A stretch of 46,266 nt of DNA from a virus (IMGVR_UViG_2671180743_000008), one strand, 5' to 3'; counted from the stretch's first letter, positions 27,526 through 38,329 are shown. A program made the numbers and translations. Notes: a model not told the origin generated them from the letters alone.

Positions 27526-28632
27526 GTGAACACCGTTGGCAAATCGGCATTCGTGGAGGCTGTCGGTCGGGCGAGCGATGATGCGGAAGGTTACTTGGAT
27601 TTTTTCAAAGGAGAGATAGGGAAAACACATCTGGCTCAGGAGCTGTGGACGCAGATTGATAACGGTCAGCTTGCGCCTGACCTGGCTGAAATCAGGACGT
27701 CCATTACGGATGTCAGCAATGAAATCACGCAGACCGTCAATAAGAAACTGGAAGACCAGAGTGCGGCAATTCAGCAGATACAGAAGGTTCAGGTTGATAC
27801 AAATAATAATCTGAACAGCATGTGGGCTGTGAAGCTGCAACAGATGAAGGACGGACGCCTTTATATTGCGGGTATCGGTGCCGGTATTGAGAATACGCCA
27901 GCAGGAATGCAGAGTCAGGTGCTGCTGGCGGCAGACAGGATTGCGATGATTAATCCTGCGAATGGCAACACAAAGCCGATGTTTGTTGGTCAGGGCGATC
28001 AGATATTCATGAACGACGTGTTCCTGAAACGCCTGACGGCTCCCACCATTACCAGCGGCGGTAATCCTCCGGCATTTTCCCTGACACCGGACGGAAAACT
28101 GACCGCTAAAAATGCAGATATCAGTGGCAGTGTGAATGCGAACGCCGGGACGCTCAACAATGTCACAATTAATGAGAACTGTCAGATTAAGGGGAAACTG
28201 TCAGCCAACCAGATTGAAGGCGATATAGTCAAAACAGTGGGTAAGGCTTTTCCGCGGGACTCCCGGGCACCGGAGCGGTGGCCATCAGGGACCATTACCG
28301 TCAGGATTTATGACGATCAGCCTTTTGACAGGCAAATTGTTATTCCGGCGGTGGCATTCAGCGGCGCTAAACATGAGCGGGAGAATAACGATATTTATTC
28401 GTCATGCCGCCTGATAGTACGGAAAAACGGTGCTGAAATTTATAACCGTACCGCGCTGGATAATACGCTGATTTACAGTGGTGTTATTGATATGCCAGCT
28501 GGTCGCGGCCACATGACGCTGGAGTTTTCGGTGTCAGCATGGCTGGTGAATAACTGGTATCCCACAGCAAGTATCAGCGATTTGCTGGTTGTGGTGATGA
28601 AGAAAGCCACCGCAGGCATCAGTATCAGCTGA
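27526..28632 (+). pseudogene. Lambdoid host-specificity protein J, C-terminal fragment
   Basis: Open frame starts abruptly right after the G terminator with no plausible start or RBS (first codon GTG); followed by lom, stf and tfa in the lambda order J-lom-stf-tfa; family call from memory of lambda J. Confidence 0.6.
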
Positions 28633-28699
28633 ATTTTATAACCCATATACGGGCGCCAGAAATGGCGCCTTTTTTATTGCAGAAAAGCGAGAGGTAATT

Positions 28700-29299
28700 A
28701 TGCGTAAAGTTTGTGCAGCCATTTTGTCCGCAGCCATTTGCCTGGCCGTATCCGGTGCGCCTGCATGGGCGTCTGAACATCAGTCCACACTGAGCGCGGG
28801 GTATCTTCATGCCCGTACGAACGCTCCCGGCAGCGATAATCTGAACGGGATTAACGTGAAATACCGTTATGAGTTTACGGACGCGCTGGGGCTGATTACG
28901 TCCTTCAGTTATGCCAATGCTGAGGATGAGCAAAAAACGCACTACAGCGATACCCGCTGGCATGAAGATTCCGTGCGTAACCGCTGGTTCAGCGTGATGG
29001 CGGGGCCGTCTGTACGCGTGAATGAATGGTTCAGCGCGTATGCGATGGTGGGTGTGGCTTACAGCCGTGTGTCGACTTTCTCCGGGGATTATCTCCGCGT
29101 AACTGACAACAAGGGGAAAACGCACGATGTGCTGACCGGAAGTGATGACGGTCGCCACAGCAACACGTCTCTGGCGTGGGGGGCTGGCGTGCAGTTTAAC
29201 CCGACCGAATCCGTGACCATTGACCTTGCTTATGAAGGTTCCGGTAGTGGTGACTGGCGAACGGATGCATTTATTGTTGGTATCGGATACCGTATCTGA
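28700..29299 (+). CDS. lom: Lom (Ail/PagC/Lom-family outer-membrane beta-barrel protein)
   Basis: 199 aa with signal peptide; INVKYRYEFTD, VMAGP, SAYAMVGVA and C-terminal AYEGSGSGDWRTDAFIVGIGYRI line up with lambda Lom. Confidence 0.9.
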   Translation: MRKVCAAILSAAICLAVSGAPAWASEHQSTLSAGYLHARTNAPGSDNLNGINVKYRYEFTDALGLITSFSYANAEDEQKTHYSDTRWHEDSVRNRWFSVMAGPSVRVNEWFSAYAMVGVAYSRVSTFSGDYLRVTDNKGKTHDVLTGSDDGRHSNTSLAWGAGVQFNPTESVTIDLAYEGSGSGDWRTDAFIVGIGYRI

Positions 29300-29404
29300 C
29301 AACAGACGCCGATTTATCTTCTGTAAATATTGTTATGATACGCAGGTTCATCCACCTTATGGGGTGAACTGCGTTTGAGGAAACGTAAAGTTACACTGTC
29401 CTGA

Positions 29405-29437
29405 AGCCCGTGGCGTCACTGCTGCGGGCTTTTTTTA
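29405..29437 (+). terminator. Rho-independent terminator after lom
   Basis: AGCCCG ... CGGGCT stem followed by TTTTTTT. Confidence 0.65.
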
Positions 29438-29450
29438 TTGGTGGAAAAGT

Positions 29451-32207
29451 ATGACAGTAAAAATTTCTGGCGTGCTTAAAGATGGCACAGGAAAACCAGT
29501 ACAGAACTGCACCATTGTGCTGAAGGCCAGACGAACCAGCAGCACGATGGTGGTGAACACGGTGGCCTCTGAAAATCCGGATGAAGCCGGACGTTACAGC
29601 ATGGATGTTGAGCATGGTCAGTACAGCGTCACCCTGCTGGTTGAAGGTTTTCCGCCTTCACATGCCGGGACCATTACCGTCTATGAAGGTTCCAGACCAG
29701 GTACGCTGAATGATTTTCTCGGTGCCATGACGGAGGATGATGTCCGACCGGAGGCACTGCGCCGCTTTGAGCAGATGGTGGAAGAGGTGTCACGTAACGC
29801 CTCCGCGGTTGCACAGAATACGGCAGCCGCGAAAAAATCAGCCAGCGAGGCGGCAACTCATGCAACCGATGCTGCAGCCTCAGCACGTGCCGCCAGCACG
29901 TCAGCCGGACAGGCCGCGTCGTCGGCTCAGTCAGCGTCTTCCAGCGCAGGAACGGCATCGACAAAGGCCCGTGAAGCAGCAAAAAGTGCTGCTGCAGAGT
30001 CATCAAAAAGCGCGGCAGCTACCAGCGCCAGTGCCGCGAAAACGTCAGAAACGAATGCCGCAGCATCACAAAAATCGGCAGCCACTTCTGCATCCACAGC
30101 GACCACGAAGGCGTCAGAAGCTGCCACCTCGGCACGGGGTGCGGCGGCCTCAAAAGAGGCAGCGAAATCTTCAGAAACGAATGCATCATCAAGTGCCAGT
30201 AGTGCAGCTTCCTCGGCAACGGCGGCAGGAAATTCCGCGAAGGCGGCAAAAACGTCCGAGACGAACGCTAAGTCTTCTGAAACAGCAGCGGGACAGAGCG
30301 CCTCAGCTGCGGCAGGTTCAAAAACAGCGGCTGCATTATCTGCCAGTGCCGCGTCAACAAGTGCCGGGCAGGCCTCAGCCAGTGCCACCGCCGCCGGAAA
30401 ATCGGCAGAAAGCGCCGCATCATCCGCTTCAACAGCCACAACGAAGGCTGGCAAAGCCACTGAGCAAGCCACTGCAGCAGCGAGGTCTGCTTCTGCAGCA
30501 AAAACCTCTGAAACAAATGCAAAGACTTCAGCAGACAATGCTGCTTCCTCTAAGGCAGCAGCCGCATCGTCAGCCAGTTCAGCGGCGTCATCGGCATCAT
30601 CTGCGTCTGCTTCAAAAGATGAGGCGACCAGACAAGCGTCAGCAGCGAAAGGTAGTGCCACGACAGCAACAACGAAAGCATCAGAGGCGGCAGGCAGTGC
30701 GACGGCTGCATCTCAGAGCAAAGTTGCTGCTGAATCCGCGGCAACGCGCGCCGAGACAGCAGCAAAACGGGCAGAGGATATTGCATCCGCCGTGGCGCTG
30801 GAGGATGCGAGCACGACGAAAAAGGGGATAGTACAGCTCAGCAGTGCGACCAACAGCACTTCCGAGTCACTGGCGGCAACGCCAAAAGCGGTTAAGGCGG
30901 TAATGGGTGAAACGAACAAGAAAGCGCCCTTAAATAGTCCTGCACTGACCGGAACGCCAACAACACCAACTGCGCGACAGGGAACGAATAATACCCAAAT
31001 CGCAAGCACGGCTTTCGTTATGGCTGCGATTGCCGCCCTTGTAGATTCGTCACCTGATGCACTGAACACGCTGAACGAGCTGGCTGCGGCGCTGGGCAAC
31101 GACCCGAATTTTGCGACCACCATGACTAACGCGCTTGCGGGTAAGCAACCGAAAGATGCCACCCTGACGGCGCTGGCCGGACTTACTACTGCGGCAGGCA
31201 AGTTTCCGTATTTTACGGGGAATGATGTCGCCAGCCTGGCAACCCTGACAAAAGTCGGGCGGGATATTCTTGCGAAATCGACCGTTGCTGCCGTTATCGA
31301 ATACCTCGGTTTACAGGAAACGGTAAACAAGGCTGGTAACGCCGTTCAGCGTTCCGGCGATAAAATGACCGGAGAACTGAAAATTGGCACGGTGAATGCG
31401 CTGCGAATTTTCAATGATACCTTCGGTCTAATTTTCCGTCGTTCAGAAGATTTTCTTCATTTCATTCCGACGGCTGAAGGACAAGGCGAAAACGGTAATA
31501 TCGGCCCATTAAGGCCATTCGCTATAAATCTGAGAACAGGTGCTATATCTGTCAGCCACGGGGCCAAAATTAAAGGAGGTCTAGCTATTGGAGCTACTGA
31601 TAACGCACTGGGTGAAAACTCCATTGTTCTGGGAGATAACGACACCGGATTTAGGCAAGATGGAGATGGTATTATTAGCTTCTATTCAAATGGTTCGCGC
31701 ATCGGACATATTGATGAGTTAGGATTACATCTTTATAAAGATATTGAATCTAATGGCAGCAATTTTAGATTAAAAAGTAATTACCGCCACCACATTACAT
31801 TCGCCAACGAAGACGGAAGAATTCGTATGTTTTTGTGGAAAGATAACGGTGGTGATGGTGTTCATATTAATAACGGTTCAGATGGTGGTGGTGATTTCAT
31901 TTTTAAAACAGATGGGGGATTTGCGCTGGGAAGTGGTGCGCAAGTTGCGTCTAGTGGCGATATTTATGGTTCAGTGTGGGAAAACAACTGGTTAAGCACA
32001 TGGCTGCATAATCATGTCGTTCGGGATATTCGTCTTGGCAGCATTGAATATAAAAACGTATGGCGCGACTACGGCTTTGGCGATGCGTCAGGTTATGTTT
32101 TAACAGCCGCAATTAACAGCAATGCGGATGATATTGTCGACACTGTTGCCAGAAGGCCAATTCAGAAATTGATTGGGGGAATATGGTACAACGTGGGGAG
32201 TGTTTAA
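29451..32207 (+). CDS. stf: Lambdoid side tail fibre protein Stf (tip variant B)
   Basis: 918 aa; long Ala/Ser/Thr-rich repetitive shaft; C-terminal half homologous to H but not identical to copy 1 in the shaft (GIVQLSSATNSTSES versus [15 protein letters not shown]); contains a gix-like site. Confidence 0.85.
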   Translation: MTVKISGVLKDGTGKPVQNCTIVLKARRTSSTMVVNTVASENPDEAGRYSMDVEHGQYSVTLLVEGFPPSHAGTITVYEGSRPGTLNDFLGAMTEDDVRPEALRRFEQMVEEVSRNASAVAQNTAAAKKSASEAATHATDAAASARAASTSAGQAASSAQSASSSAGTASTKAREAAKSAAAESSKSAAATSASAAKTSETNAAASQKSAATSASTATTKASEAATSARGAAASKEAAKSSETNASSSASSAASSATAAGNSAKAAKTSETNAKSSETAAGQSASAAAGSKTAAALSASAASTSAGQASASATAAGKSAESAASSASTATTKAGKATEQATAAARSASAAKTSETNAKTSADNAASSKAAAASSASSAASSASSASASKDEATRQASAAKGSATTATTKASEAAGSATAASQSKVAAESAATRAETAAKRAEDIASAVALEDASTTKKGIVQLSSATNSTSESLAATPKAVKAVMGETNKKAPLNSPALTGTPTTPTARQGTNNTQIASTAFVMAAIAALVDSSPDALNTLNELAAALGNDPNFATTMTNALAGKQPKDATLTALAGLTTAAGKFPYFTGNDVASLATLTKVGRDILAKSTVAAVIEYLGLQETVNKAGNAVQRSGDKMTGELKIGTVNALRIFNDTFGLIFRRSEDFLHFIPTAEGQGENGNIGPLRPFAINLRTGAISVSHGAKIKGGLAIGATDNALGENSIVLGDNDTGFRQDGDGIISFYSNGSRIGHIDELGLHLYKDIESNGSNFRLKSNYRHHITFANEDGRIRMFLWKDNGGDGVHINNGSDGGGDFIFKTDGGFALGSGAQVASSGDIYGSVWENNWLSTWLHNHVVRDIRLGSIEYKNVWRDYGFGDASGYVLTAAINSNADDIVDTVARRPIQKLIGGIWYNVGSV
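31294..31319. other. gix/pix-like crossover site inside stf
   Basis: TTATCGAATACCTCGGTTTACAGGAA, same sequence and orientation as the site in H. Confidence 0.75.
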
Positions 32208-32208
32208 G

Positions 32209-32535
32209 ATGATGCACCTGAAAAATATTAAGGCCGGGAATCCGAAAACACCGGAACAATACCAGCTAACTAAAAAACCGCTGGGATACCTCATTCGCGT
32301 GTCTGAGTGGTGGGAGTTCAACGGCGAACCCGGAACATTCAAGATTGATGTTGGCACGCTGGACAGTGGCGTGACGGAGGAAATGTATCTGGAAATGGAG
32401 CGGTTGATTGCTGATGCCCGCCCGGTCAGCCGCCACATGACAGGGCTGAATATCATTCAGGAGATTCAGGGAGATATTTTCGCGGCAGCAGCAACTTACG
32501 ACGGTGAAGTCATTACCATTTATCCGGACGATTAA
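32209..32535 (+). pseudogene. Chimeric ORF: tfa N-terminus (23 codons) fused in frame to the C-terminal part of gene I
   Basis: [23 protein letters not shown] then PLGYLIRVSEWWEF...ITIYPDD, which is identical to the end of gene I at about 24665..24925; junction at about 32277/32278. Confidence 0.75.
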
Positions 32536-32537
32536 GC

Positions 32538-34451
32538 ATGAGTACCACAACACGAAAATTTAAAACCATTATCACCGATACGGGTGCAAAAAAATTAGCG
32601 CAGGCAACCGCGCCAGATGGGAAACCTGTCCGCCTGACACATATGGCCGTGGGTGACGGCGGCGGTACTTTACCCACGCCAGACAGTAAGCAGACCCGTC
32701 TTGTGCATGAGGTGTGGCGACATACCGTTAATCGCGTCACCCTGGACGCAACACATCAGAACCACATTATTGCGGAGCTGGTTATTCCTCCTGAAACGGG
32801 CGGATTCTGGATCCGGGAAATTGGTGTGTTTGATGAGCACGGCGATTTGATCGCGGTAGGCAATACTGCCGAAAGTTACAAGCCAACCGTTGCCGAAGGA
32901 TCCGGACGTGCACAAACATTTCGCACCATTCTGACCGTATCCAGCACTGCCACTGTGGCGCTTACCGTGGATAACACCATGGTGATGGCCACAGTGAATT
33001 ACGTGGATGACAAACTGAAAGAGCATGAACAGTCACGACGTCACCCGGACGCCTCGCTGACCGCAAAAGGCCTTGTCCAGCTCAGCAACGCCACCAACAG
33101 CACGTCTGAAACGCTGGCAGCGACACCAAAAGCCGTTAAGGCAGTAATGGATGAAACGAACAAGAAAGCCCCATTAAACAGCCCGGCACTGACCGGAACG
33201 CCAACAACACCAACTGCGCGACAGGGAACGAATAATACCCAAATCGCAAGCACGGCTTTCGTTATGGCTGCGATTGCCGCACTTGTAGACTCTTCGCCTG
33301 ATGCACTGAACACACTGAACGAGCTGGCGGCGGCGCTGGGCAACGACCCGAATTTTGCGACCACCATGACTAACGCGCTTGCGGGTAAGCAACCGAAAGA
33401 TGCCACTCTGACGGCGCTGGCGGGGCTTGCTACTGCGGCAGACAGGTTTCCGTATTTTACGGGGAATGATGTCGCCAGCCTGGCAACCCTGACAAAAGTC
33501 GGGCGGGATATTCTTGCGAAATCGACCGTTGCCGCCGTTATCGAATACCTCGGTTTACAGGAAACGGTAAACAAGGCTGGTAACGCCGTTCAGCGTTCCG
33601 GCGATAAAATGACCGGAGAACTGAAAATTGGCACGGTGAATGCGCTGCGAATTTTCAATGATACCTTCGGTCTAATTTTCCGTCGTTCAGAAGATTTTCT
33701 TCATTTCATTCCGACGGCTGAAGGACAAGGCGAAAACGGTAATATCGGCCCATTAAGGCCATTCGCTATAAATCTGAGAACAGGTGCTATATCTGTCAGC
33801 CACGGGGCCAAAATTAAAGGAGGTCTAGCTATTGGAGCTACTGATAACGCACTGGGTGAAAACTCCATTGTTCTGGGAGATAACGACACCGGATTTAGGC
33901 AAGATGGAGATGGTATTATTAGCTTCTATTCAAATGGTTCGCGCATCGGACATATTGATGAGTTAGGATTACATCTTTATAAAGATATTGAATCTAATGG
34001 CAGCAATTTTAGATTAAAAAGTAATTACCGCCACCACATTACATTCGCCAACGAAGACGGAAGAATTCGTATGTTTTTGTGGAAAGATAACGGTGGTGAT
34101 GGTGTTCATATTAATAACGGTTCAGATGGTGGTGGTGATTTCATTTTTAAAACAGATGGGGGATTTGCGCTGGGAAGTGGTGCGCAAGTTGCGTCTAGTG
34201 GCGATATTTATGGTTCAGTGTGGGAAAACAACTGGTTAAGCACATGGCTGCATAATCATGTCGTTCGGGATATTCGTCTTGGCAGCATTGAATATAAAAA
34301 CGTATGGCGCGACTACGGCTTTGGCGATGCGTCAGGTTATGTTTTAACAGCCGCAATTAACAGCAATGCGGATGATATTGTCGACACTGTTGCCAGAAGG
34401 CCAATTCAGAAATTGATTGGGGGAATATGGTACAACGTGGGGAGTGTTTAA
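32538..34451 (+). CDS. H: Tail fibre protein H, copy 2 (recombinant: H copy 1 N-terminus plus stf tip B)
   Basis: 637 aa; identical to copy 1 up to [11 protein letters not shown], then identical to the stf C-terminus ([13 protein letters not shown]...WYNVGSV); the switch coincides with the gix-like site. Confidence 0.85.
   Translation: MSTTTRKFKTIITDTGAKKLAQATAPDGKPVRLTHMAVGDGGGTLPTPDSKQTRLVHEVWRHTVNRVTLDATHQNHIIAELVIPPETGGFWIREIGVFDEHGDLIAVGNTAESYKPTVAEGSGRAQTFRTILTVSSTATVALTVDNTMVMATVNYVDDKLKEHEQSRRHPDASLTAKGLVQLSNATNSTSETLAATPKAVKAVMDETNKKAPLNSPALTGTPTTPTARQGTNNTQIASTAFVMAAIAALVDSSPDALNTLNELAAALGNDPNFATTMTNALAGKQPKDATLTALAGLATAADRFPYFTGNDVASLATLTKVGRDILAKSTVAAVIEYLGLQETVNKAGNAVQRSGDKMTGELKIGTVNALRIFNDTFGLIFRRSEDFLHFIPTAEGQGENGNIGPLRPFAINLRTGAISVSHGAKIKGGLAIGATDNALGENSIVLGDNDTGFRQDGDGIISFYSNGSRIGHIDELGLHLYKDIESNGSNFRLKSNYRHHITFANEDGRIRMFLWKDNGGDGVHINNGSDGGGDFIFKTDGGFALGSGAQVASSGDIYGSVWENNWLSTWLHNHVVRDIRLGSIEYKNVWRDYGFGDASGYVLTAAINSNADDIVDTVARRPIQKLIGGIWYNVGSV
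33538..33563. other. gix/pix-like crossover site inside H copy 2
   Basis: TTATCGAATACCTCGGTTTACAGGAA, same orientation as the other two intragenic sites. Confidence 0.75.
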
Positions 34452-34452
34452 G

Positions 34453-34980
34453 ATGATGCACCTGAAAAATATTAAGGCCGGGAATCCGAAAACACCGGAA
34501 CAATACCAGCTAACTAAAAAAGCGGGCGTGGTATGGCTCTTTTGCGAAGATGGCAAAAACTGGTATGAGGAACAAAAGAATTTTCAGCCAGACACCATAA
34601 AAATTGCTTACGATGAGAACAACATCATCGTTGCTGTCAGTAAAGACGTTTCAACTATTAATCCTGAAGGGCTAAGCATAGTTGAAGTTCCTGATATTAC
34701 GGCAAATCGTCACGCAGACAATAACGGAAAATGGATGTTTCTGGATGGTAAAGTAGTAAAGAGGGAATATACAGAACAGGAACTGCAACAACAGGCCGAA
34801 TCACAAAAGGCCGCATTGCTTTCCGAAGCTGAATCAGTCATCCAGCCGCTGGAACGCGCTGTCAGGCTGAATATGGCGACGGACGAGGAACGCACACGAC
34901 TGGAAGCATGGGAACGCTACAGTGTTCTGGTCAGCCGTGTGGATACGGCAAATCCTGAATGGCCACAAAAGCCTGAATAA
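34453..34980 (+). CDS. tfa: Tail fibre assembly protein Tfa (partner of tip B)
   Basis: Start at [23 protein letters not shown]; 175 aa; follows H copy 2 with a 1-nt gap. Confidence 0.85.
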   Translation: MMHLKNIKAGNPKTPEQYQLTKKAGVVWLFCEDGKNWYEEQKNFQPDTIKIAYDENNIIVAVSKDVSTINPEGLSIVEVPDITANRHADNNGKWMFLDGKVVKREYTEQELQQQAESQKAALLSEAESVIQPLERAVRLNMATDEERTRLEAWERYSVLVSRVDTANPEWPQKPE

Positions 34981-34984
34981 AAAT

Positions 34985-35004
34985 TAAGGCCCGATAGCGG
35001 GCCT
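34985..35004. terminator. Bidirectional hairpin terminator between convergent tfa genes
   Basis: AAGGCCCGATAGCGGGCCTT lying between the stops of the plus-strand tfa (34980) and the minus-strand tfa (35009). Confidence 0.6.
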
Positions 35005-35008
35005 TCTC

Positions 35009-35542
35009 TCATTCTGGTTGTTCGGGAAACGTTACTGGCAGGCTGGAGGTGTCTGTGGATTCGACCTTCTGCGCATAGAGCATCCACTCGGTTAATTTTT
35101 GTTTATTCTCATCGGAAATGATGCCCAGCTGTAGCTGAGAGTCCCACAGCTGGGTTTTATCCCTGACGAGCTGCAGCAGGCTCTGCTTTTCATTTTCCGC
35201 TTGTTGCCTTTGCTCTTCCTCGGTATAAGTTCGCTTTATCACCGCACCATCTTTGAACATCCAGTTGCCCGAAATATCAGCCCGGCGATTTGCTGTAATA
35301 TCAGGCAACTCAACGACACTTAAACCTTCTGGATTAATTGCTGATACATCCTTGTCTATAGCAATAATTATTCCCTCAACTGTGTAAGCCAGTTTTATTG
35401 TATCCTCCTGAAAGTTTTTTAATTCCTCATGCCAATTTTTTCCATCTTCGGACCATAACCAGATAACATCAAAATTCTTTGTTAGCTGGTATTGTTCAAC
35501 GGTTTTTGGATTACCTGCGACAATGTTTTTTAAATGCTGCAT
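35009..35542 (-). CDS. Tail fibre assembly protein Tfa (inverted orientation, partner of tip C)
   Basis: 177 aa; [23 protein letters not shown]-terminus typical of Tfa; opposite strand to the expressed fibre genes, as in Mu G / e14 P invertible segments. Confidence 0.8.
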   Translation of the reverse strand: MQHLKNIVAGNPKTVEQYQLTKNFDVIWLWSEDGKNWHEELKNFQEDTIKLAYTVEGIIIAIDKDVSAINPEGLSVVELPDITANRRADISGNWMFKDGAVIKRTYTEEEQRQQAENEKQSLLQLVRDKTQLWDSQLQLGIISDENKQKLTEWMLYAQKVESTDTSSLPVTFPEQPE

Positions 35543-35694
35543 GATTATACCTGCGATACGTTATACCATGTTCCGTTAATTAACTTTTGTATTGGTCTGA
35601 ATACTGCCGGATCATCACCATCGACTTCACCGATAATACCAAGCCCCGTGATTACATGGCCTGATTTTTCATACATCACGCCTTTCTTCATGGT

Positions 35695-36306
35695 CTAAAC
35701 AACTCGTGTGCCAAGTCTGACATCTCTCACATAGCGGGAATCAAAGTTACCGTAATCCGAGGGATTAACACGTCCCGTAATATTTATGGTTTTATTACTT
35801 TGAATGCTTCCGGAGACAAAGCGCATAACATGGACGTTATTAGCATAAACATCCAGATTACCATCGCCTTTTTGTTTAAAGCCCGTGTCATTATCACCCA
35901 ATACAATCGAATTACCGCCAAGAGCACTGGATGTTCCGATACCCAGTGCACCATTCAGTTGACCACCAGATAACGGCAGTGCACCAACATCTCCTGCTGA
36001 AGGTTTTCTGGTGGTGTAAAATTCGGACCAGTCGGCTTCAAAACCATAACCATCACGGGCTGAACGATAAAAAATACCGCCATTTTTATAATTAATCCGA
36101 AACTGAGCTGCAGGACAACTTCCTTCTCCCATATAAAAATGAATAATTAACGTTGATGCACCACTAATAGTTGCGTTATAGGCTCCGCTACTCCAGTTCC
36201 ATCCAACTGCTTTATCATTCGCAACGGTGCTTCCTGTTTTCCCTAAGGCAAACGCACCAACATGACTTGCTTTTAATGTGATATCGGAGGAACCATCAAA
36301 AGCCAC
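35695..36306 (-). pseudogene. Alternative tail-fibre tip segment (variant C), promoterless and probably frameshifted
   Basis: Fibre C-terminal domain motifs ([26 protein letters not shown]); the frame ends prematurely at ...DVRLGTRVV*, while the expected fibre end (...[17 protein letters not shown]) is encoded in another frame at about 35543..35690. Confidence 0.65.
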
Positions 36307-36453
36307 ATTGCTTATTTTCCTGGCAGTTTTTAATTTTGCAGCTGTAGAAGCATTGCCGGATAGTTCACCAGAAAGGCCACCGCTGAATGTTTGTCGATTA
36401 GTCCAGGTATTCGCTGTACTGAGTAACGGTATTTTCTCCCCGCTTGTGCCGAG

Positions 36454-36479
36454 TTCTCGTAAACCGAGGTTTTAGATAA
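36454..36479. other. gix/pix-like crossover site (inverted orientation), next to the truncated invertase
   Basis: TTCTCGTAAACCGAGGTTTTAGATAA, close to the Mu gix sequence as I recall it (TTCCTGTAAACCGAGGTTTTGGATAA); inverted relative to the three intragenic sites. Confidence 0.75.
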
Positions 36480-36533
36480 TGGCGGTTTCTGGCCTGCATG
36501 GCATGATTTGCGCTTTTGGACGGGAGATTCAGC

Positions 36534-36716
36534 GTGCTGATTGGCTATGTAAGGGTATCAACAAATGACCAGAATACAGACCTGCAACGAAACGCTCTTG
36601 TTTGTGCAGGATATGAACAAATATTTGAAGATAAATTAAGCGGAACAAGGACAGGCCGACCTGGATTAAAACGTGCTTTAAAGCGCCTTCAAAAAGGTGA
36701 CGCACTGGTTGTCTGA
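36534..36716 (+). pseudogene. Truncated Gin/Pin-family serine DNA invertase (N-terminal about 60 codons)
   Basis: GTG start then VLIGYVRVSTNDQNTDLQRNALVCAGYEQIFEDKLSG...KGDALVV*; versus the intact copy a TGG to TGA change gives a premature stop, after which the sequence diverges. Confidence 0.8.
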
Positions 36717-36914
36717 AAACTGGACTGACTGGGTCACTGTATGCGGCATCTTGTCGTGCTGGTGGTGGAAGCCTAGAAAAAGTATCGGGTGTTGCTGAAC
36801 CGTGTTGATACATCAACTGCACCTGATATTGAGTGGCCTACGAACCCTGTCAGGGAGTAATCATTGGGATTATGCCGCAGCACGTCTTAAGCAAGAACGT
36901 GCTGCGGTTGGATG

Positions 36915-37583
36915 CTATTTTTTCCCTGAAGCGGAAAACATTACTACAGTACCTTGAACCCTGGTTTTAACATTCTCGAAATGCTCTGAGAGTATATGTG
37001 TTAAGCCTTCTTCGGAATCTTTTGTGTTTGAAAAGATGCCTTTCTGATTGTAAATGCGCATCAGTTTTTGACCGAAGCTATTGTGCACAACTCCATCGCC
37101 AAGAATTGTGGCTCCGTATAGAGTTCCATCAATTAATTTTTGTTTATTCTCGTCGGAAATAATGCCCAGCCGTAGCTGTGAGTCCCATAGCTGGGTTTTA
37201 TCCCTGACGAGCTGTAGCAGGCTTTGCTTTTCATTTTCCGCTTGTTGCCTCTGCTCTTCCCCGGTATAAGTTCGCTTTATCACTACGCCATCTTTGAACA
37301 TCCATTTACCTGAAATATCAGCCCGGCGATTTGCTGTAATATCAGGAACCTCAACGACGCTTGCGCCTTCCGGATTAATTGCTGAAACATCCTTTTCAAT
37401 ACAAATAATAACGCCGTTGTGGTCATAGACCATTTTCAACGTATCAGGCTGAAAGTTCTTTTGTTCCTCATACCAGTTTTTCCCATCCTCTGTATAAAGC
37501 CATTTGATGTTAAATTGTTTCGTTAGCTGGTATTGCTCTTTTGTTTCAGGATTACCAGCAGAAATGTTTTTTAAGTGCATCAT
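36915..37583 (-). CDS. Tail fibre assembly protein Tfa (inverted orientation, partner of tip D), atypical C-terminus
   Basis: 222 aa; the first 160 or so residues are Tfa-like ([22 protein letters not shown]...); the last 45 or so are unrelated to other Tfa ends and run into the deletion scar next to the truncated invertase. Confidence 0.7.
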   Translation of the reverse strand: MMHLKNISAGNPETKEQYQLTKQFNIKWLYTEDGKNWYEEQKNFQPDTLKMVYDHNGVIICIEKDVSAINPEGASVVEVPDITANRRADISGKWMFKDGVVIKRTYTGEEQRQQAENEKQSLLQLVRDKTQLWDSQLRLGIISDENKQKLIDGTLYGATILGDGVVHNSFGQKLMRIYNQKGIFSNTKDSEEGLTHILSEHFENVKTRVQGTVVMFSASGKK

Positions 37584-37585
37584 CG

Positions 37586-38329
37586 TTAAATACTCCCCGC
37601 GTTATACCACGTCCCATTAATGCAATACTGAATTGGCCTTGCCTGAGTTGTATCAATTAGTTCATCTCTGTTTGAGTTAACGGAACCGGTAACAACATAA
37701 CCTGACCTGTCAGACCATCCGGGACCATTCCATGTCTGAACAGATAACAGACCACCAAGGCGAATACCTGTAATAAACCTTGAGTTACATTCTGCCTGCG
37801 TATATGCACCAACATCTCCCGCAGAGGGTTTGCGGGTTGTGGTGTAAAACTCTGACCAGTCAGCTTCAAAGCCATAACCATCACGCGCTGAACGATAAAA
37901 AATACCGCCGTTCCTGTAATTCACGCGGAACTGTACAGCAGGGCAGCTCCCCGTATTCATATTGAAGTGGAGGATTAATGTCGATGCGCCACCAATGTTT
38001 GCGTTATAGACCCCGCTATTCCAGTTCCAGCCAACAGCTTTATCATTTCCGACAGTGCTTCCTGTTTGCCCTAAAGCAAATGCAGGTTGTTGATTTTTCG
38101 TGTTGTAGTCTCGTCGCCAGCCAGGAGCGTAAGCATCACCATGATTAATATAAGTGAATTGAGCGTTAGTAATTCCGCCACCGCTGGACGTGCTCGGCGT
38201 GGTAACGCGTATGGTCATTGCGCCGCGAGTGCCAATAACTTCCACCACAGCACCTGCAAGACAAATATTTCCGCAACCTGTATCTGTAATGACCTTATTA
38301 TTTGCATAAGCCCATGAGCCTTTGCACAT
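37586..38329 (-). CDS. Alternative tail-fibre tip segment (variant D), promoterless
   Basis: 247 aa listed; fibre tip ending ...[17 protein letters not shown] immediately upstream of its tfa; the open frame probably continues up to the crossover site at about 38530. Confidence 0.7.
   Translation of the reverse strand: MCKGSWAYANNKVITDTGCGNICLAGAVVEVIGTRGAMTIRVTTPSTSSGGGITNAQFTYINHGDAYAPGWRRDYNTKNQQPAFALGQTGSTVGNDKAVGWNWNSGVYNANIGGASTLILHFNMNTGSCPAVQFRVNYRNGGIFYRSARDGYGFEADWSEFYTTTRKPSAGDVGAYTQAECNSRFITGIRLGGLLSVQTWNGPGWSDRSGYVVTGSVNSNRDELIDTTQARPIQYCINGTWYNAGSI

Noticed and set aside
29737-30831. 364-aa plus-strand ORF and 244-aa minus-strand ORF (29927..30661) overlapping stf in other frames
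   Set aside because: They lie entirely inside the Ala/Ser-rich repetitive shaft of stf; the GC-rich repeats keep alternative frames open by chance, and their translations are low-complexity (Arg/Pro/Gln- or Ala-rich) with no start context
24665-34510. Interpreting the large repeats as a CRISPR array or an IS element
   Set aside because: The repeats are kilobase-scale duplications of tail-fibre coding sequence without short regular spacers; no transposase or terminal inverted repeats are present
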